Below the pieces are notes generated by a model. That model made no database searches and was not told the DNA's origin. It was given only the letters and a program-made list of their open reading frames with translations. A program made the position numbers and the translations under genes. Below are positions 7,880 through 18,872 of a stretch of 64,000 nt of DNA, one piece after another. This DNA is from an uncultured Actinomycetes bacterium (GTDB taxonomy: Bacteria > Actinomycetota > Thermoleophilia > Gaiellales > JAICJC01): assembly GCA_963797175.1 (NCBI GenBank), contig CAWCOL010000011.1, positions 95,853-159,852 on the forward strand, given 5' to 3'. Numbering within the stretch: the stretch's first letter is position 1; each line of letters opens with the position of its first letter.

Positions 7880-8593
7880 CTACCGTTTCGTCCCGCGGAT
7901 GATGACACCGCCGCCGCGTGACAGCACGCGCCACCGGACGCTGCCGATCCCGGCCGCGTCCCACATCGCGAGCACCGTGTCCAGCGGATGCTCGCGCCAG
8001 AACCCCTCGATGCTTCCGGCCAGGAACCGGCCGGTCTCGTACCAGCCGTCGCCGGCGACGCGCCCTGCGGACGGCAGACCGATCCGCGTCCAGGCCCACC
8101 ACGGCGGGTACCAGCCGCCGCCGGGAACGGCGAAGTCGAGCGAGGCGATCGCGCCGCCGGGACGCACGACGCGGGCCAGCTCGCGCAGCGTCGCGGCCGG
8201 ATCGTCCACGTAGCGGAGCAGGTAGGTGTGTGTCAGCGCATCCACCGAGGCGTCCTCCAGCGGCAGCCGCTCCGCCTCGCCCTCGAGCAGCTCGATCCGC
8301 GCGCCCAGCCCGGCGGCGGCGACCCGGCTGCGGCCGCGCTCGAGCATCGCGGCGCTCTGGTCGATCCCGACCACGCGGCAGCCGTAGCGGCGGACGAGGT
8401 CGATGGCGACCGCCGCCGTGCCGGTCGCCACGTCGGCCACCAGATCGTCGCGGCCCACGCCGAGCCCCTCGATCATGCGCCGGTGCCAGCGCGCGTCCTG
8501 GCCGAACGAGAGGATCTGTGCCCAGCGGTCGTAGTCGCCGGCGATCCCCGCGAACAGGCCCAGCGCGTGCTCCTTGCGCGCGGAGGCGGTCAT
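7880..8593 (-). CDS. Class I SAM-dependent methyltransferase (UbiE/MenG-like)
   Basis: The start MTASARKEH at 8593 overlaps the rnhA stop (ATGA). Motif I is VADVATGTAAVA, and ERLPLEDASVDA is also present. Confidence 0.8.
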   Translation of the reverse strand: MTASARKEHALGLFAGIAGDYDRWAQILSFGQDARWHRRMIEGLGVGRDDLVADVATGTAAVAIDLVRRYGCRVVGIDQSAAMLERGRSRVAAAGLGARIELLEGEAERLPLEDASVDALTHTYLLRYVDDPAATLRELARVVRPGGAIASLDFAVPGGGWYPPWWAWTRIGLPSAGRVAGDGWYETGRFLAGSIEGFWREHPLDTVLAMWDAAGIGSVRWRVLSRGGGVIIRGTKR

Positions 8594-9063
8594 GCCGCGT
8601 GCAGGTCCCGCTGCTCGACCGCCATCCGGTCGACGCGCTCGTTCAGCTCGATGCCGGAGTGGCCCTTGACCCGCCGGAACTCGATCGTGTGGCCGTCCAC
8701 CAGCGCCGCCAGCCGCTCCCAGAGATCCTGGTTCTTGACCGCCTTCTTGCCGGCGGTGCGCCAGCCGTTGCGCTGCCAGCCGGCCAGCCATCCCTGCGTG
8801 AACGCCTGCTCCACGTAGGCGCTGTCGGTGTGGACGACGACCCGGGTCGGGCGCGTGAGCGCGGCGAGGCCCTCGATCACCGACTGCAGCTCCATCCGGT
8901 TGTTCGTCGTCTGCGCCTCACCACCGGACAGCTCCCGTTCGTGGCCGTTCCAGCGCAGGATCGCGGCCCAGCCGCCGGGGCCGGGGTTGCCCGAGCACGC
9001 ACCGTCCGTCCACAGCTCGACCGCGTCGCCCATGGCAGCGCAGTCTACGATGTCGCCCGCCAT
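8590..9063 (-). CDS. rnhA: Ribonuclease HI
   Basis: WTDGACSGNPGPGGWAAIL, TNNRMEL and VKGHSGIELNERVD are the RNase H DEDD motifs. The start may be 9033 (MGDAVELW) rather than 9063. Confidence 0.9.
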   Translation of the reverse strand: MAGDIVDCAAMGDAVELWTDGACSGNPGPGGWAAILRWNGHERELSGGEAQTTNNRMELQSVIEGLAALTRPTRVVVHTDSAYVEQAFTQGWLAGWQRNGWRTAGKKAVKNQDLWERLAALVDGHTIEFRRVKGHSGIELNERVDRMAVEQRDLHAA

Positions 9064-9925
9064 GAGCCGTGGACGACCGCTTGCACTGGCCGTGCTCGGG
9101 CACGGCGTCGTCGATCCCGAGCAGCCGCACCTCCACGCGGACGATGAGGCCGTGCTGCGTGGCCGTGCCGCCTTCGAGACGATGCGCGTCTACGGCGGCG
9201 TCCCGTTCCGGCTCGACCGCCACCTCGAGCGGCTGGTCGCCTCGGCCGGCGTGCTCGGCCTTCCGATGCCCGATCCGGCAACGCTCGCGGCGCTGGCGGC
9301 GGACGCGGTGGCGGCGGCCGGCGTCCCGGCGGCGACGCTGCGGGTGGTGTGGACCGCCGGCCGGGAGGGCGAGGAGCGCGGTCAGGGCTTCGCGCTGGTG
9401 ACGCCGCTGCCCGAGGGGCTGGACGATCTGCGCCGGCGCGGGATCCGGCTGGCCGCACTCCAGCTCGCGATCGGCGCCCACGTCCGCCAGACCGCGCCGT
9501 GGCTGTTGCCTGGAGTGAAATCGACCAGCTACGCCGTCAACATGGCCGCGCAGCGCGAGGCGCGGCGACGCGGCGCCGATGACGCGGTCTTCCTCTCGGC
9601 GGAGGGCATCGTGCTGGAGGGGCCGACGTCGAACGTCTGGTTCCGCGAGGGTGGCGTGCTGCTGACGCCGGCGCTCGAGCTGGGCATCCTGGCCGGCGTC
9701 ACCAGGGACACGCTGCTGGACGCCGCCGCCGGCGCCGGCTACGAGGTGCGTGAGGGCGCGTTCCCGCTCGAGCGGCTGGCCGCCGCCGACGAGGCGTTCA
9801 CGTCGTCCAGCATCCGCGAGGTGGTAGGCGTGGTCGAGTTGGACGGCCGCCCGCTTGGCGGCGGCAGCCCGGGCCCCGCGGCCGCTGCCATGCAGGCGGC
9901 GCTTCGGGCCGCCGCGCCGGACTGA
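9062..9925 (+). CDS. Class IV aminotransferase family protein (ADC lyase / branched-chain or D-amino-acid aminotransferase-like)
   Basis: RAAFETMRVYGG, HLERL, VKSTSY and EGPTSNVWF are fold-type IV PLP motifs. Start at 9062 or 9050. Confidence 0.8.
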   Translation: MSRGRPLALAVLGHGVVDPEQPHLHADDEAVLRGRAAFETMRVYGGVPFRLDRHLERLVASAGVLGLPMPDPATLAALAADAVAAAGVPAATLRVVWTAGREGEERGQGFALVTPLPEGLDDLRRRGIRLAALQLAIGAHVRQTAPWLLPGVKSTSYAVNMAAQREARRRGADDAVFLSAEGIVLEGPTSNVWFREGGVLLTPALELGILAGVTRDTLLDAAAGAGYEVREGAFPLERLAAADEAFTSSSIREVVGVVELDGRPLGGGSPGPAAAAMQAALRAAAPD

Positions 9926-9934
9926 CGCCCGGGC

Positions 9935-10462
9935 TCAGAGCGCGCCGGCGGGCACGCGGTGCCAGGCCGCGACGTACTCGCGCTGGAGCGGGTGGGTGAG
10001 CCGCCCGGCCCACACGACCTGCACCATCGTCGGCACCTTCGGCGTCGAGCGCGGGTACATGCCGGCCTCGAACGGGAGCCGGTCGCCCTTGCGGTGGTTG
10101 CAGCGGCGGCAGGCCGCGACGACGTTGTCCCAGGCGTGCTCGCCGCCGCGGGAGAGCGGCTTGACGTGGTCGACCGTCAGGTCGGCGGGGCCGCCGTCAC
10201 GGCCGCAGTAGGCGCAGCGCCAGCTGTCCCGGCAGAAGAGGACGCGCCGCACGACGTTGCGGCGCACGATCGGCCGCAACTCGACGTACGCCGGCACCTG
10301 GAGGATCACCGGCAGCGCGACGGTCAGGCGCTGCGAGCGGTAGAGCACGGACGGCTCCTCCGCGATCACCTGCGCGTGACCGCACACGACCATACCGACG
10401 GCCCGCTCGCGGGAGACGAGCGTCATCGGTCGCATCGTCGCGTCCAGCAGCAGACAGCGCAT
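9935..10462 (-). CDS. HNH endonuclease family protein
   Basis: CAYCG...DHVKPLSRGGEHAWDNVVAACRRCNHRKG. GGAGG lies 5 nt upstream of the ATG at 10462. Confidence 0.85.
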   Translation of the reverse strand: MRCLLLDATMRPMTLVSRERAVGMVVCGHAQVIAEEPSVLYRSQRLTVALPVILQVPAYVELRPIVRRNVVRRVLFCRDSWRCAYCGRDGGPADLTVDHVKPLSRGGEHAWDNVVAACRRCNHRKGDRLPFEAGMYPRSTPKVPTMVQVVWAGRLTHPLQREYVAAWHRVPAGAL

Positions 10463-10516
10463 TGCACCTCCGGTCGTTGCACGGAAGTGTAGATGCCCGC
10501 TCAGGCGGATATCCGG

Positions 10517-11650
10517 TCAAGAAGCGGTGACGAGCCGGTACACGCTGCCATTCAGCGACAGCGCATACAGGTCGCCCGCCGCGTCCTGTGCGAAGGACGA
10601 GAGCTGCGGCACCTGCACCGCCAGGGGCGAGGGGCGGCCGCCGGGTGGCATCGACCACAGCCGGCCGCTGCAGTAGTCGCCGTACACGTACCGGCCGTCG
10701 AGGGAGGCGGCGGCGGGCCCGTGCACGACGGCGCCGCCGACGACCGAGCAGCCCAGCGCGTGCGAGTACTCCGCCACCGGGAACATCAGGCGCCCGCCGC
10801 CCGAGGGCTGCGCCTTGTAGCGGTGGCGGCCCTCCCAGATGCTCCAGCCCAGGTTGACGCCGGGAGGCGTCCCGGCCGGGATCCGGTCGATCTCCTCCCA
10901 CCGATCCTGGCCGACGTCGCCGATCCAGAGGTCGCCGGTCGCCGTGTCGAAGGAGAACCGCCACGGGTTCCGCGCGCCCAGCGCCACCACCTGGGGGGCG
11001 CCGCCGGCGAGGTTGAGCCGGACGATCTTGCCCAGCAGCGTGGAGGGATCCTGGGAGCGGTCGTCCGGGTCGCCCTCGCTGCCGCCGTCGCCGAACCCGG
11101 CGTAGAGGCGGCCGTCCGGCCCGAATGCGATGTCGCCGCCGTTGTGGTTCGCGTGGGGCTGGCGCAGGAACAGCAGCCGCCGGCCGCCGGCCAGGTCGGC
11201 CCTGCCGCCGCGCACGGTCAGCAGCACGATGTTCGAGTTGGCGTCGCGGTCGGTGTAGCTCACGACCAACCGCCCGCCGCCCGATCCGGGCACGAACGCG
11301 ATGCCCAGCAGGCCCTGCTCGGAGCCGCTGGAGACGCTGCCGGTCATGTCGAGCATGGTCGAGCGGACGGTGCCGTCGCGGACGACGACGATGCGGCCGG
11401 TCTTCTCGGCGATGGCCATCGAGCCGTCCGGCAGGAACGCGAGATCGATCGGCTGGACGAGCCCGCCGATGACGCGGCGGAGCACCACCGGGCCGGGCCG
11501 CCCGCCGCCGGTGGACGGCGCGGGGCTCGATGTCGAGGGGCCGGAGGAGGGGGAGGACGACGACGGGGGAGCGGCGCTCGTCCCCGCGCTCCCCGAGCCC
11601 GCGCAGCCCGCCGCGAGCAGCGCCAGCACGGCGACGGCAGCGCATCTCAT
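10517..11650 (-). CDS. PQQ-dependent sugar (glucose/sorbosone) dehydrogenase-like lipoprotein
   Basis: Signal peptide plus lipobox LLAAGC. The beta-propeller motifs SEQGLLGIAF, HNGGDIAFGPDGRLY and RNPWRFSFD are present. Confidence 0.8.
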   Translation of the reverse strand: MRCAAVAVLALLAAGCAGSGSAGTSAAPPSSSSPSSGPSTSSPAPSTGGGRPGPVVLRRVIGGLVQPIDLAFLPDGSMAIAEKTGRIVVVRDGTVRSTMLDMTGSVSSGSEQGLLGIAFVPGSGGGRLVVSYTDRDANSNIVLLTVRGGRADLAGGRRLLFLRQPHANHNGGDIAFGPDGRLYAGFGDGGSEGDPDDRSQDPSTLLGKIVRLNLAGGAPQVVALGARNPWRFSFDTATGDLWIGDVGQDRWEEIDRIPAGTPPGVNLGWSIWEGRHRYKAQPSGGGRLMFPVAEYSHALGCSVVGGAVVHGPAAASLDGRYVYGDYCSGRLWSMPPGGRPSPLAVQVPQLSSFAQDAAGDLYALSLNGSVYRLVTAS

Positions 11651-11666
11651 CTGTCTACGGTAGCCC

Positions 11667-12671
11667 TCAGGCGGAGCGGCGGGCGGTGCGCTTGCCCGCC
11701 CGTTTGGCGTCGAGCAGGGCGCGGTCGGCGCGGTCGATGACGACGGCCGCCTCCTCGTCGCCCGGGCGCGTCAGCGTCACGCCGACCGAGGCGGTGACGC
11801 CCGCCTCCATCGCCAGCAGGCGGGTCAGGCGGTCGGCCACGCGCAGCGGGTCGCCGCTGACGTCCACCAGCAGCACGCAGAACTCGTCGCCGCCCATCCG
11901 CCCGGCCACGTCGGAGTCCCGGCAGACCGCGCGCAAAGCGGACGCGACGCGACGCAGCGTCTCGTCGCCGGCGATGTGGCCGTCGCGGTCGTTGATCGCC
12001 TTGAAGTCGTCGAGGTCGATCGCCAGCACCGCGGCCGGAAGCCCGCCGCGCGCGATCCGGGCCAGCTCCTCCTCGACCCGCCCGTAGAACGCGGCATGGT
12101 TGAGCAGGCCGGTGAGCGCGTCGTGGTCGACCTGCCGGCGCAGGTCCTCGTAGAGCTGGGCGTTCCGCACCGCCAGCGCGGCCTGCGCGCCGACCGTGGC
12201 GCAGAACCGGCGGTCGCTGAGCGACCAGGGCGCGTCGCTGGTGCTGTCCACCAGGTCGATCAGGCCGACGGGCCGGTTCTCGACGATCAGCGGGAAGACC
12301 AGCCAGCTGCACCACTCCCACTCGTCGAACTGCGCCCGCTGGCGCTCGCTGAAGCGGGGGTCGTCGCGGCGGTAGTCGCGCATCTCGGCGCTCTCCAGGA
12401 CGGCCCGGTCCTGAGGCCAGTCGGCCAGGCCGTAGCGGACGCCGCGCCAGGTCTCGTCGATGCCGTTCTGGCGATTCGCCTCGGACAGCACCTGGAGCTC
12501 GTCGGTGGCCTGGTCCCACGAGCAGATGGTGCAGTTGTCGGCGCGGTCGATGACGCGCACCAGCTCGACTGCCAGGTTGTCGGTCACACCCGTCACCGTC
12601 AGCGAGTTCGGCAGCGTCAGGGCGAGCCGGTAGAGCACCTCGAGCTCCCGGCGGTCGCGGTCGTCGCTCAT
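11667..12671 (-). CDS. GAF-GGDEF diguanylate cyclase
   Basis: The start MSDDRDRRELEV at 12671 overlaps the upstream stop (ATGA). Active-site and I-site sequence is RDSDVAGRMGGDEF. The ORF-track extension to 13538 is junk. Confidence 0.85.
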   Translation of the reverse strand: MSDDRDRRELEVLYRLALTLPNSLTVTGVTDNLAVELVRVIDRADNCTICSWDQATDELQVLSEANRQNGIDETWRGVRYGLADWPQDRAVLESAEMRDYRRDDPRFSERQRAQFDEWEWCSWLVFPLIVENRPVGLIDLVDSTSDAPWSLSDRRFCATVGAQAALAVRNAQLYEDLRRQVDHDALTGLLNHAAFYGRVEEELARIARGGLPAAVLAIDLDDFKAINDRDGHIAGDETLRRVASALRAVCRDSDVAGRMGGDEFCVLLVDVSGDPLRVADRLTRLLAMEAGVTASVGVTLTRPGDEEAAVVIDRADRALLDAKRAGKRTARRSA

Positions 12672-13693
12672 GCCGCCAGCCTGACGGTGCGCTTGCCGTC
12701 CCGCTTGGCCTGCATCAGCGAGGCGTCCGCGCGGGCCATCAGCGCCAGCGGGTCGTGTTCCCCCGGCGCCGAGACGGCGACGCCGATCGAGGCCGCCAGC
12801 GAGGCCCGCCGGGCCAGGGCGGCCAGGACGCGGCGCGCGACCAGCTCCGCCTGCACCGCCACGTCCGGCAGCAGCACGGCGAACTCGTCGCCGCCCAGCC
12901 GCCCGGCGACGTCGCAGACGCGGCAGGTGGCGATCAGCACCTCGGCTGCCTCGCGCAGAGCGCGGTCGCCCGCCAGGTGCCCGCGGCTGTCGTTGATCGC
13001 CTTGAAGTCGTCCAGATCGACCAGCAGCACGGCGACCGTCGAGCCGGCACGGCGAGCGCGGGCCAGCTCCTGGCCGAGCCGCTCGTAGAAGGCGCGGTGG
13101 TTGAGCACCTCGGTCAGCGGGTCGCGGTCGGCGCGCCGCTGGAGGTCCTCGTAGAGCCGGGCGTTGCGCACGGCCATCGCCGCCTGGCTGGCGATCGACT
13201 GGACGAAGGAGATGTCGCGCACCGACCAGGACCGCGCCGACCGGTAGTCGGCGACCTCGATCAGGCCCACCGACCGGCTCTCGACGACCAGCGGCAACTC
13301 GATCGACGACCGCCAGCCCCAGTGCTCCAGCACCTCGCGGTCGGCCGGCTTCACGTCCGGGTCGCCGATCCGGAACTCGCGCAGCCCGCGTCCCGCCTCG
13401 AGCAGGCTCCGCGTCTCCGGGTACTCGGCCAGCCCGTTGATCTCCTGGCCGCGGGGCCACGCCGGCGGCCCGTGCACGGTCCAGCACGCGGCGTCCACGA
13501 GCGTGTCCGCGGCTTCGTCCCACAGCGAGATCGCGCACTCGCCGGCGCGCTCGACGCCGAACACGAGCTCGCGCGTCAACGCCGTCAGCACGTCGCCCAG
13601 GGAGAGCGACTGGGAGAGCGTCACCGCCACGCGATGCAGGGTCTCGAGCTCCCGGCGATCGCGGTCGGTCGAACGGACACCGTGACGTGCCAT
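12668..13693 (-). CDS. GAF-GGDEF diguanylate cyclase (paralog of the downstream gene)
   Basis: Start MARHGVRSTDRDRRELET at 13693. Active-site and I-site sequence is RVCDVAGRLGGDEF. Confidence 0.85.
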   Translation of the reverse strand: MARHGVRSTDRDRRELETLHRVAVTLSQSLSLGDVLTALTRELVFGVERAGECAISLWDEAADTLVDAACWTVHGPPAWPRGQEINGLAEYPETRSLLEAGRGLREFRIGDPDVKPADREVLEHWGWRSSIELPLVVESRSVGLIEVADYRSARSWSVRDISFVQSIASQAAMAVRNARLYEDLQRRADRDPLTEVLNHRAFYERLGQELARARRAGSTVAVLLVDLDDFKAINDSRGHLAGDRALREAAEVLIATCRVCDVAGRLGGDEFAVLLPDVAVQAELVARRVLAALARRASLAASIGVAVSAPGEHDPLALMARADASLMQAKRDGKRTVRLAA

Positions 13694-13808
13694 GGTGCGT
13701 GTATCGGCACGAACCGCTGCATTTTCAAGCACCGACTCCCCGTTTTGCGGTAGGGCGGGATCCCGGTTCCGGGGAGGCGAACGGGCGGGGTCGGGTACAG
13801 TCGCCGTC

Positions 13809-14547
13809 GTGGCGGAGCAGCTTGTCCAGATCGAGCCGCACCTCGGCGGCGTCGTGCTCGTCCGGCTCGACCGCGACGCCAAGCTGAACGCCCTGTCCGA
13901 GCAGCTCTGCGGCCAGTTCCTGGAGGCGCTCGCCACCGACGAGGTGCGGAGCGCGCGGGCGCTGGTCGTCGCAGGGTCGCCGGCGCGCGTTCTCGGCGGG
14001 CGCCGACCTGACCGAGTTCGGCGACCCGTCGCCCGAGGAGACCGTCCGCTACTACTCCGGCCCGGGCCGCATCTGGGAGGTGCTGGTCGAGCTGCCGCAG
14101 CCGTCCGTCGCGGCCATCAGCGGCTGGGCCCTGGGAGGCGGCCTCGAGCTGGCGCTGTCCGCCGACCTGCGGGTCGCCGACGAGACGGCCGTGTTCCAGC
14201 TGCCCGAGGTCTCGCTCGGCATCCTGCCCAGCGCCGGCGGCATGACCAGGCTCGTGCGGATGCTGGGGACGGCCCGCGCGAAGGAGCTGATCCTGCTGGG
14301 CGAGCGCTTCGACGCCGCCCGCGCGCTCGAGCTGGGCGTCGTCAACCGCGTCGTCCCCGAGGGCGAGGCCGAGGACGCCGCCCTCGAGTGGGCCGGCATC
14401 CTGGCCGGCCAGCCGCAGCTCTCGCTGGAGCTGACGCGGCGGCTGATCGAGCGCTCGGCGGACAGCCCGCTCGAGGTCTCGATCGAGATGGAGAAGCTTG
14501 CCCAGGGCATGCTCGCCCAGAGCGCGGAGAGCTACCGCCGCCCGTGA
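13809..14547 (+). pseudogene. Enoyl-CoA hydratase/crotonase family gene with an apparent +1 frameshift near 13975
   Basis: The N-terminus VAEQLVQIEPHLGGVVLVRLDRDAKLNAL...ALVVAG is in frame 0. The crotonase motif RAFSAGADL and the rest (ORF 14080..14547) are in frame 1, which is open from 13888 but has no start codon before 14080. Confidence 0.6.
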
Positions 14548-15296
14548 GGCGCGTCGCGATCGTCACCGGCGGCGGCACGGGCATCGGCCGCGCGACCGCG
14601 CTGGCGCTGCATCGCGACGGCTGCGCCGTGGTCATCTGCGGCCGCCGCCCCGAACCGCTGGCCGAGACCCAGGCCGCGATCGGCGCAGACTGCCTGACGG
14701 TCGCGGGCGACATCCGCGAGCCCGAGCTGGCCGACCGGCTGATCGACGTCTGTCTGGAGGCGCACGGCCGCGTTGACGTCCTCGTCAACAACGCCGGCGG
14801 CCAGTTCACGGCGCCGGCGGAGGAGATCACCCCCAACGGCTGGGCTGCCGTCCGCCGCCTCAACCTGGACGCGCCCTGGTACCTGACCCAGCAGGTCGCG
14901 GTGCGCTCGATGATCCCCAACCGGGGCGGCCGGATCGTGTCGGTCGTGCTCTGCCCGCGGCGGGGGATCCCGGGGATGGTGCACAGCTCGGCGGCCCGGT
15001 CGGGCACCGAGGCGGTGGCCCGGGTGCTCTCGGTCGAGTGGGGCCGCTACGACATCGGCGTCGTCTGCGTGGCGCCGGGCTGGATCGAGACCGAGGGGAT
15101 GCGCCAGTACGGCGACGACCTGGACGAGCTTGCGCGACTGGTGCCGATGGGCCGGATGGGCACGGCGGAGGAGGTGGCCGACACGATCGCGTTCCTGGCG
15201 TCGCCGGCGGCCTCCTACATCACGGGCACCACCATCGTGATCGACGGCGGCATCGAGAACACCCACGCCTCCTGGCCCGGCGTCACCGCCGACTAA
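14544..15296 (+). CDS. SDR-family oxidoreductase
   Basis: A GTG at 14544 overlaps the TGA (GTGA). Contains VAIVTGGGTGIGRA, NNAG and the C-terminal ITGTTIVIDGG. Confidence 0.85.
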   Translation: MRRVAIVTGGGTGIGRATALALHRDGCAVVICGRRPEPLAETQAAIGADCLTVAGDIREPELADRLIDVCLEAHGRVDVLVNNAGGQFTAPAEEITPNGWAAVRRLNLDAPWYLTQQVAVRSMIPNRGGRIVSVVLCPRRGIPGMVHSSAARSGTEAVARVLSVEWGRYDIGVVCVAPGWIETEGMRQYGDDLDELARLVPMGRMGTAEEVADTIAFLASPAASYITGTTIVIDGGIENTHASWPGVTAD

Positions 15297-15316
15297 GCCG
15301 CTGATATCGTCACGGC

Positions 15317-16206
<890 letters not shown>

Positions 16207-16210
<4 letters not shown>

Positions 16211-17376
16211 GCCGCGGCGACGCCGTCGCCCGCAAGCTCGTCACGTTCGGCCGCATCCTCCGCGAGGCCGGGCTGGAGGTGGGCCCGGGCCGGCTGCAGG
16301 ACGCGCTGCGCGGCCTCGACTCGATCGACCTCGCCTCCCGCGAGCAGGTGTACCACGCACTGCGCTGCACGCTGGTGTCGCGCCGCGACGACATCGCGCC
16401 GTTCGACGTCGCCTTCGCCGCCTTCTGGGAGCGGGCGCCGGTGACGCCCAGCGAGCGGCGCCCCGACCTCGGGGTCGAGCTGCCCGCCGCGCCGCCCCCG
16501 GTGGTGCCCGCCCACGCGGCGCTGGAGGAGGCGGGCGACGAGGCGCGCGACGAGCAGCCCCAGCAGGCGGCGGCGATGGCCTCGGCCGACGAGCTGTTGC
16601 GCCGCCGCGACTTCGCCGAGATGACCCCGGCCGAGCTGCGCCGCGTCCGCCGGCTGATGAGCGACCTCGCCACCGTGCGCCCGGTGCGGCGCTCGCGGCG
16701 GCTGGCGAGCGCGCCCGGCGGGGGCGTGCTGGACGCGCGGCGGACGCTGCGCCAGGCGATGCGCACCGAGGGGCTGCCGCTGGAACGGTCGTGGCGGCGG
16801 CCCAAGCTCGTCGCCCGCAAGCTTGTGGTGCTGTGCGACGTGTCCGGCTCGATGGAGCCGTACGCGCGTGCGCTGGTGCTGTTCCTGCATGCGCTGACCG
16901 CCGCCGACGGCGCGGCCCGCCACGTCGAGGCGTTCGCGTTCGGCACGCGCCTGACCCGGCTCACCCCGTACCTGGTCGGCGCCGACCCCGGCGCCGTGCT
17001 GGAGCGCGCGGGGGCCGTGCTGCCGGACTGGGGCGGGGGCACGCGGATCGGCGAGTCGCTGCGCGCCTACAACCGTACGTACGGTCGCCGCGGCCTCACC
17101 CGGGGCGCGGTGGTGGTGATCGCCTCCGACGGCTGGGAGCGCGGCGACCTCGACCTGCTCGACCGCGAGCTGGCCACGCTGGCCCGCCAGGCGCACTCGC
17201 TGGTGTGGGTCAACCCGCTCAAGGGGCACAGCGGCTTCGAGCCGCTGGCCGGCGGCATGCGCATCGCGCTCGCGCACGCCGATCGATTCCTGGAGGGCCA
17301 CAACCTGCTGGCGCTCGAGGCCCTGGCGGACGCGATCGCGCCGGCCGGCGCCGGAGGGCTCGCCCGGGCCGTGTGA
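16207..17376 (+). CDS. VWA-domain protein (CoxE-like, MoxR partner)
   Basis: An ATG at 16207 overlaps the TGA (ATGA). A MIDAS-like motif VVLCDVSGSM is present. Confidence 0.8.
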
Positions 17377-17424
17377 CCGGCCGCGGTCGGTCAAGAACCA
17401 CCCGCCGCGGCCGATCAGGGGGGC

Positions 17425-18864
17425 ATGAGCCGTGTCGTACGAGGCGGAGCGGCGCTTCTGGCGGTGGCTCCGATCATCTGGTATGCGATCGTCGGAGCGC
17501 ACCTCACAACCGAGTATGAGCTCCCGACCCTCCACTTCTTCGTGGTCGTCGGCAGCTCCCTTGCCGCGGCCGCCATCAGCGTCCTGATCACACGCGCCGC
17601 GCTGCGCCGAAACGACCTCCGGGCCGGCCTGACCGGCCTCGGTTTCACGGTGATGGCCGGCCTGCTGGCGATCCACGGACTGGCCACTCCCGGCTTCTTC
17701 CTCGAGGAGTACGGGCGCAACGCGACGGTCGGCCTGGCCGGGGCGCTGGCCGTCCCCGCCGGCGGCGTCGTGCTGGCGCTGGCCATCATCGCCCCGCCCA
17801 ACCTGCGCGGCGGCCGGAAGCTGGTGCTGCGCTCCCAGGTCGCCGTGCTGGCGGTGCTGGTCGCCTTCGGCGCCGTGGGCCTGCTGCACCCGGAGCTGGT
17901 CCCGCTCGTCCCCGTCAGCGCCCAGCCCTGGGCGCTGCTCGTGCTCTGCCCGACCGCGGCCCTCTACTGGCTGGTCGCCAACCGCGCCTTCCACATCTAC
18001 CGCCTCACCCGCCGCCGGGCCGATCTCTGGGTCTCCGTGGGCATGGTCTGGCTGGGGAGCTCGATCATCCTCTACCTGCTCTCGGCCGTCTGGACGGCCG
18101 GGTTCTGGGGTGCCCACGCCCTGGAGGCGATCGGGTTCGTCGCCGTGGCCGGCTCGGTCGCCGTCGACCTGGCGCGACAGCGCCCGTCGAACATGCTGTT
18201 CGAGCGCCTCGGCGGCAGCGAGCTGGTGACCAGCGAGGAGACGCTGCTGGGGGGCTACGTGCGGTCGCTGACCGCGTCGCTGGAGGAGCACGACCCCTCG
18301 ACGGGCCGGCACTCCCGTCGCGTCGCGCAGCTGGCCGTGCGCGTCGGCGAGCGGATGGGCCTCGGCCCCGACCGCGTGCGGCGGCTGGCCGTCGCCGGAC
18401 TGGTGCACGACATCGGCAAGCTCCATATCCCCTCCGAGATCCTGAACAAGCCGGGCAAGCTGACGGACGAGGAGTACGCGGAGATCAAGACCCATCCGGG
18501 CCGCGGCGCCGACCTGCTGCGCCGCCTGGGCGGGTTCGCTGAGGAGGTCGGCATCGTCGCCGCCCACCACGAGCGGTTCACCGGCGGCGGCTACCCGAAC
18601 GACCTGAGCGGTGAGCAGATCCCGCTCGAGGCCCGCATCCTGACCGTCTGCGATGTGTACGACGCGCTCACCGAGGACCGGCCCTACCGCGAGGCCTGGA
18701 CGCAGGAGCGCGCACTGCAGCTGATCCGCGACGAGACGGGGACGACGTTCGACCCCGCCTGCTCGGCCGCGCTGCTGGAGGAGCTGGCCCCGCCGGACGT
18801 CCGCGTGCTGCGCCGCGCGCTGGGGGCCGCCGTGCCGCCCCGCGCCACCGCCGAACCTGGATGA
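17425..18864 (+). CDS. Membrane-anchored HD-GYP domain protein (putative c-di-GMP phosphodiesterase)
   Basis: About 8 predicted TM helices in the first 250 aa, followed by HDIGKLHIP and HHERFTGGGYP. Confidence 0.85.
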   Translation: MSRVVRGGAALLAVAPIIWYAIVGAHLTTEYELPTLHFFVVVGSSLAAAAISVLITRAALRRNDLRAGLTGLGFTVMAGLLAIHGLATPGFFLEEYGRNATVGLAGALAVPAGGVVLALAIIAPPNLRGGRKLVLRSQVAVLAVLVAFGAVGLLHPELVPLVPVSAQPWALLVLCPTAALYWLVANRAFHIYRLTRRRADLWVSVGMVWLGSSIILYLLSAVWTAGFWGAHALEAIGFVAVAGSVAVDLARQRPSNMLFERLGGSELVTSEETLLGGYVRSLTASLEEHDPSTGRHSRRVAQLAVRVGERMGLGPDRVRRLAVAGLVHDIGKLHIPSEILNKPGKLTDEEYAEIKTHPGRGADLLRRLGGFAEEVGIVAAHHERFTGGGYPNDLSGEQIPLEARILTVCDVYDALTEDRPYREAWTQERALQLIRDETGTTFDPACSAALLEELAPPDVRVLRRALGAAVPPRATAEPG

Positions 18865-18872
18865 CTAGCTGA

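Noticed and set aside
9935-10462. HNH endonuclease as a marker of a mobile element or restriction system.
   Set aside because: It is an isolated 175-aa gene between housekeeping genes. There are no flanking repeats, methylase, terminase or intron/intein context.
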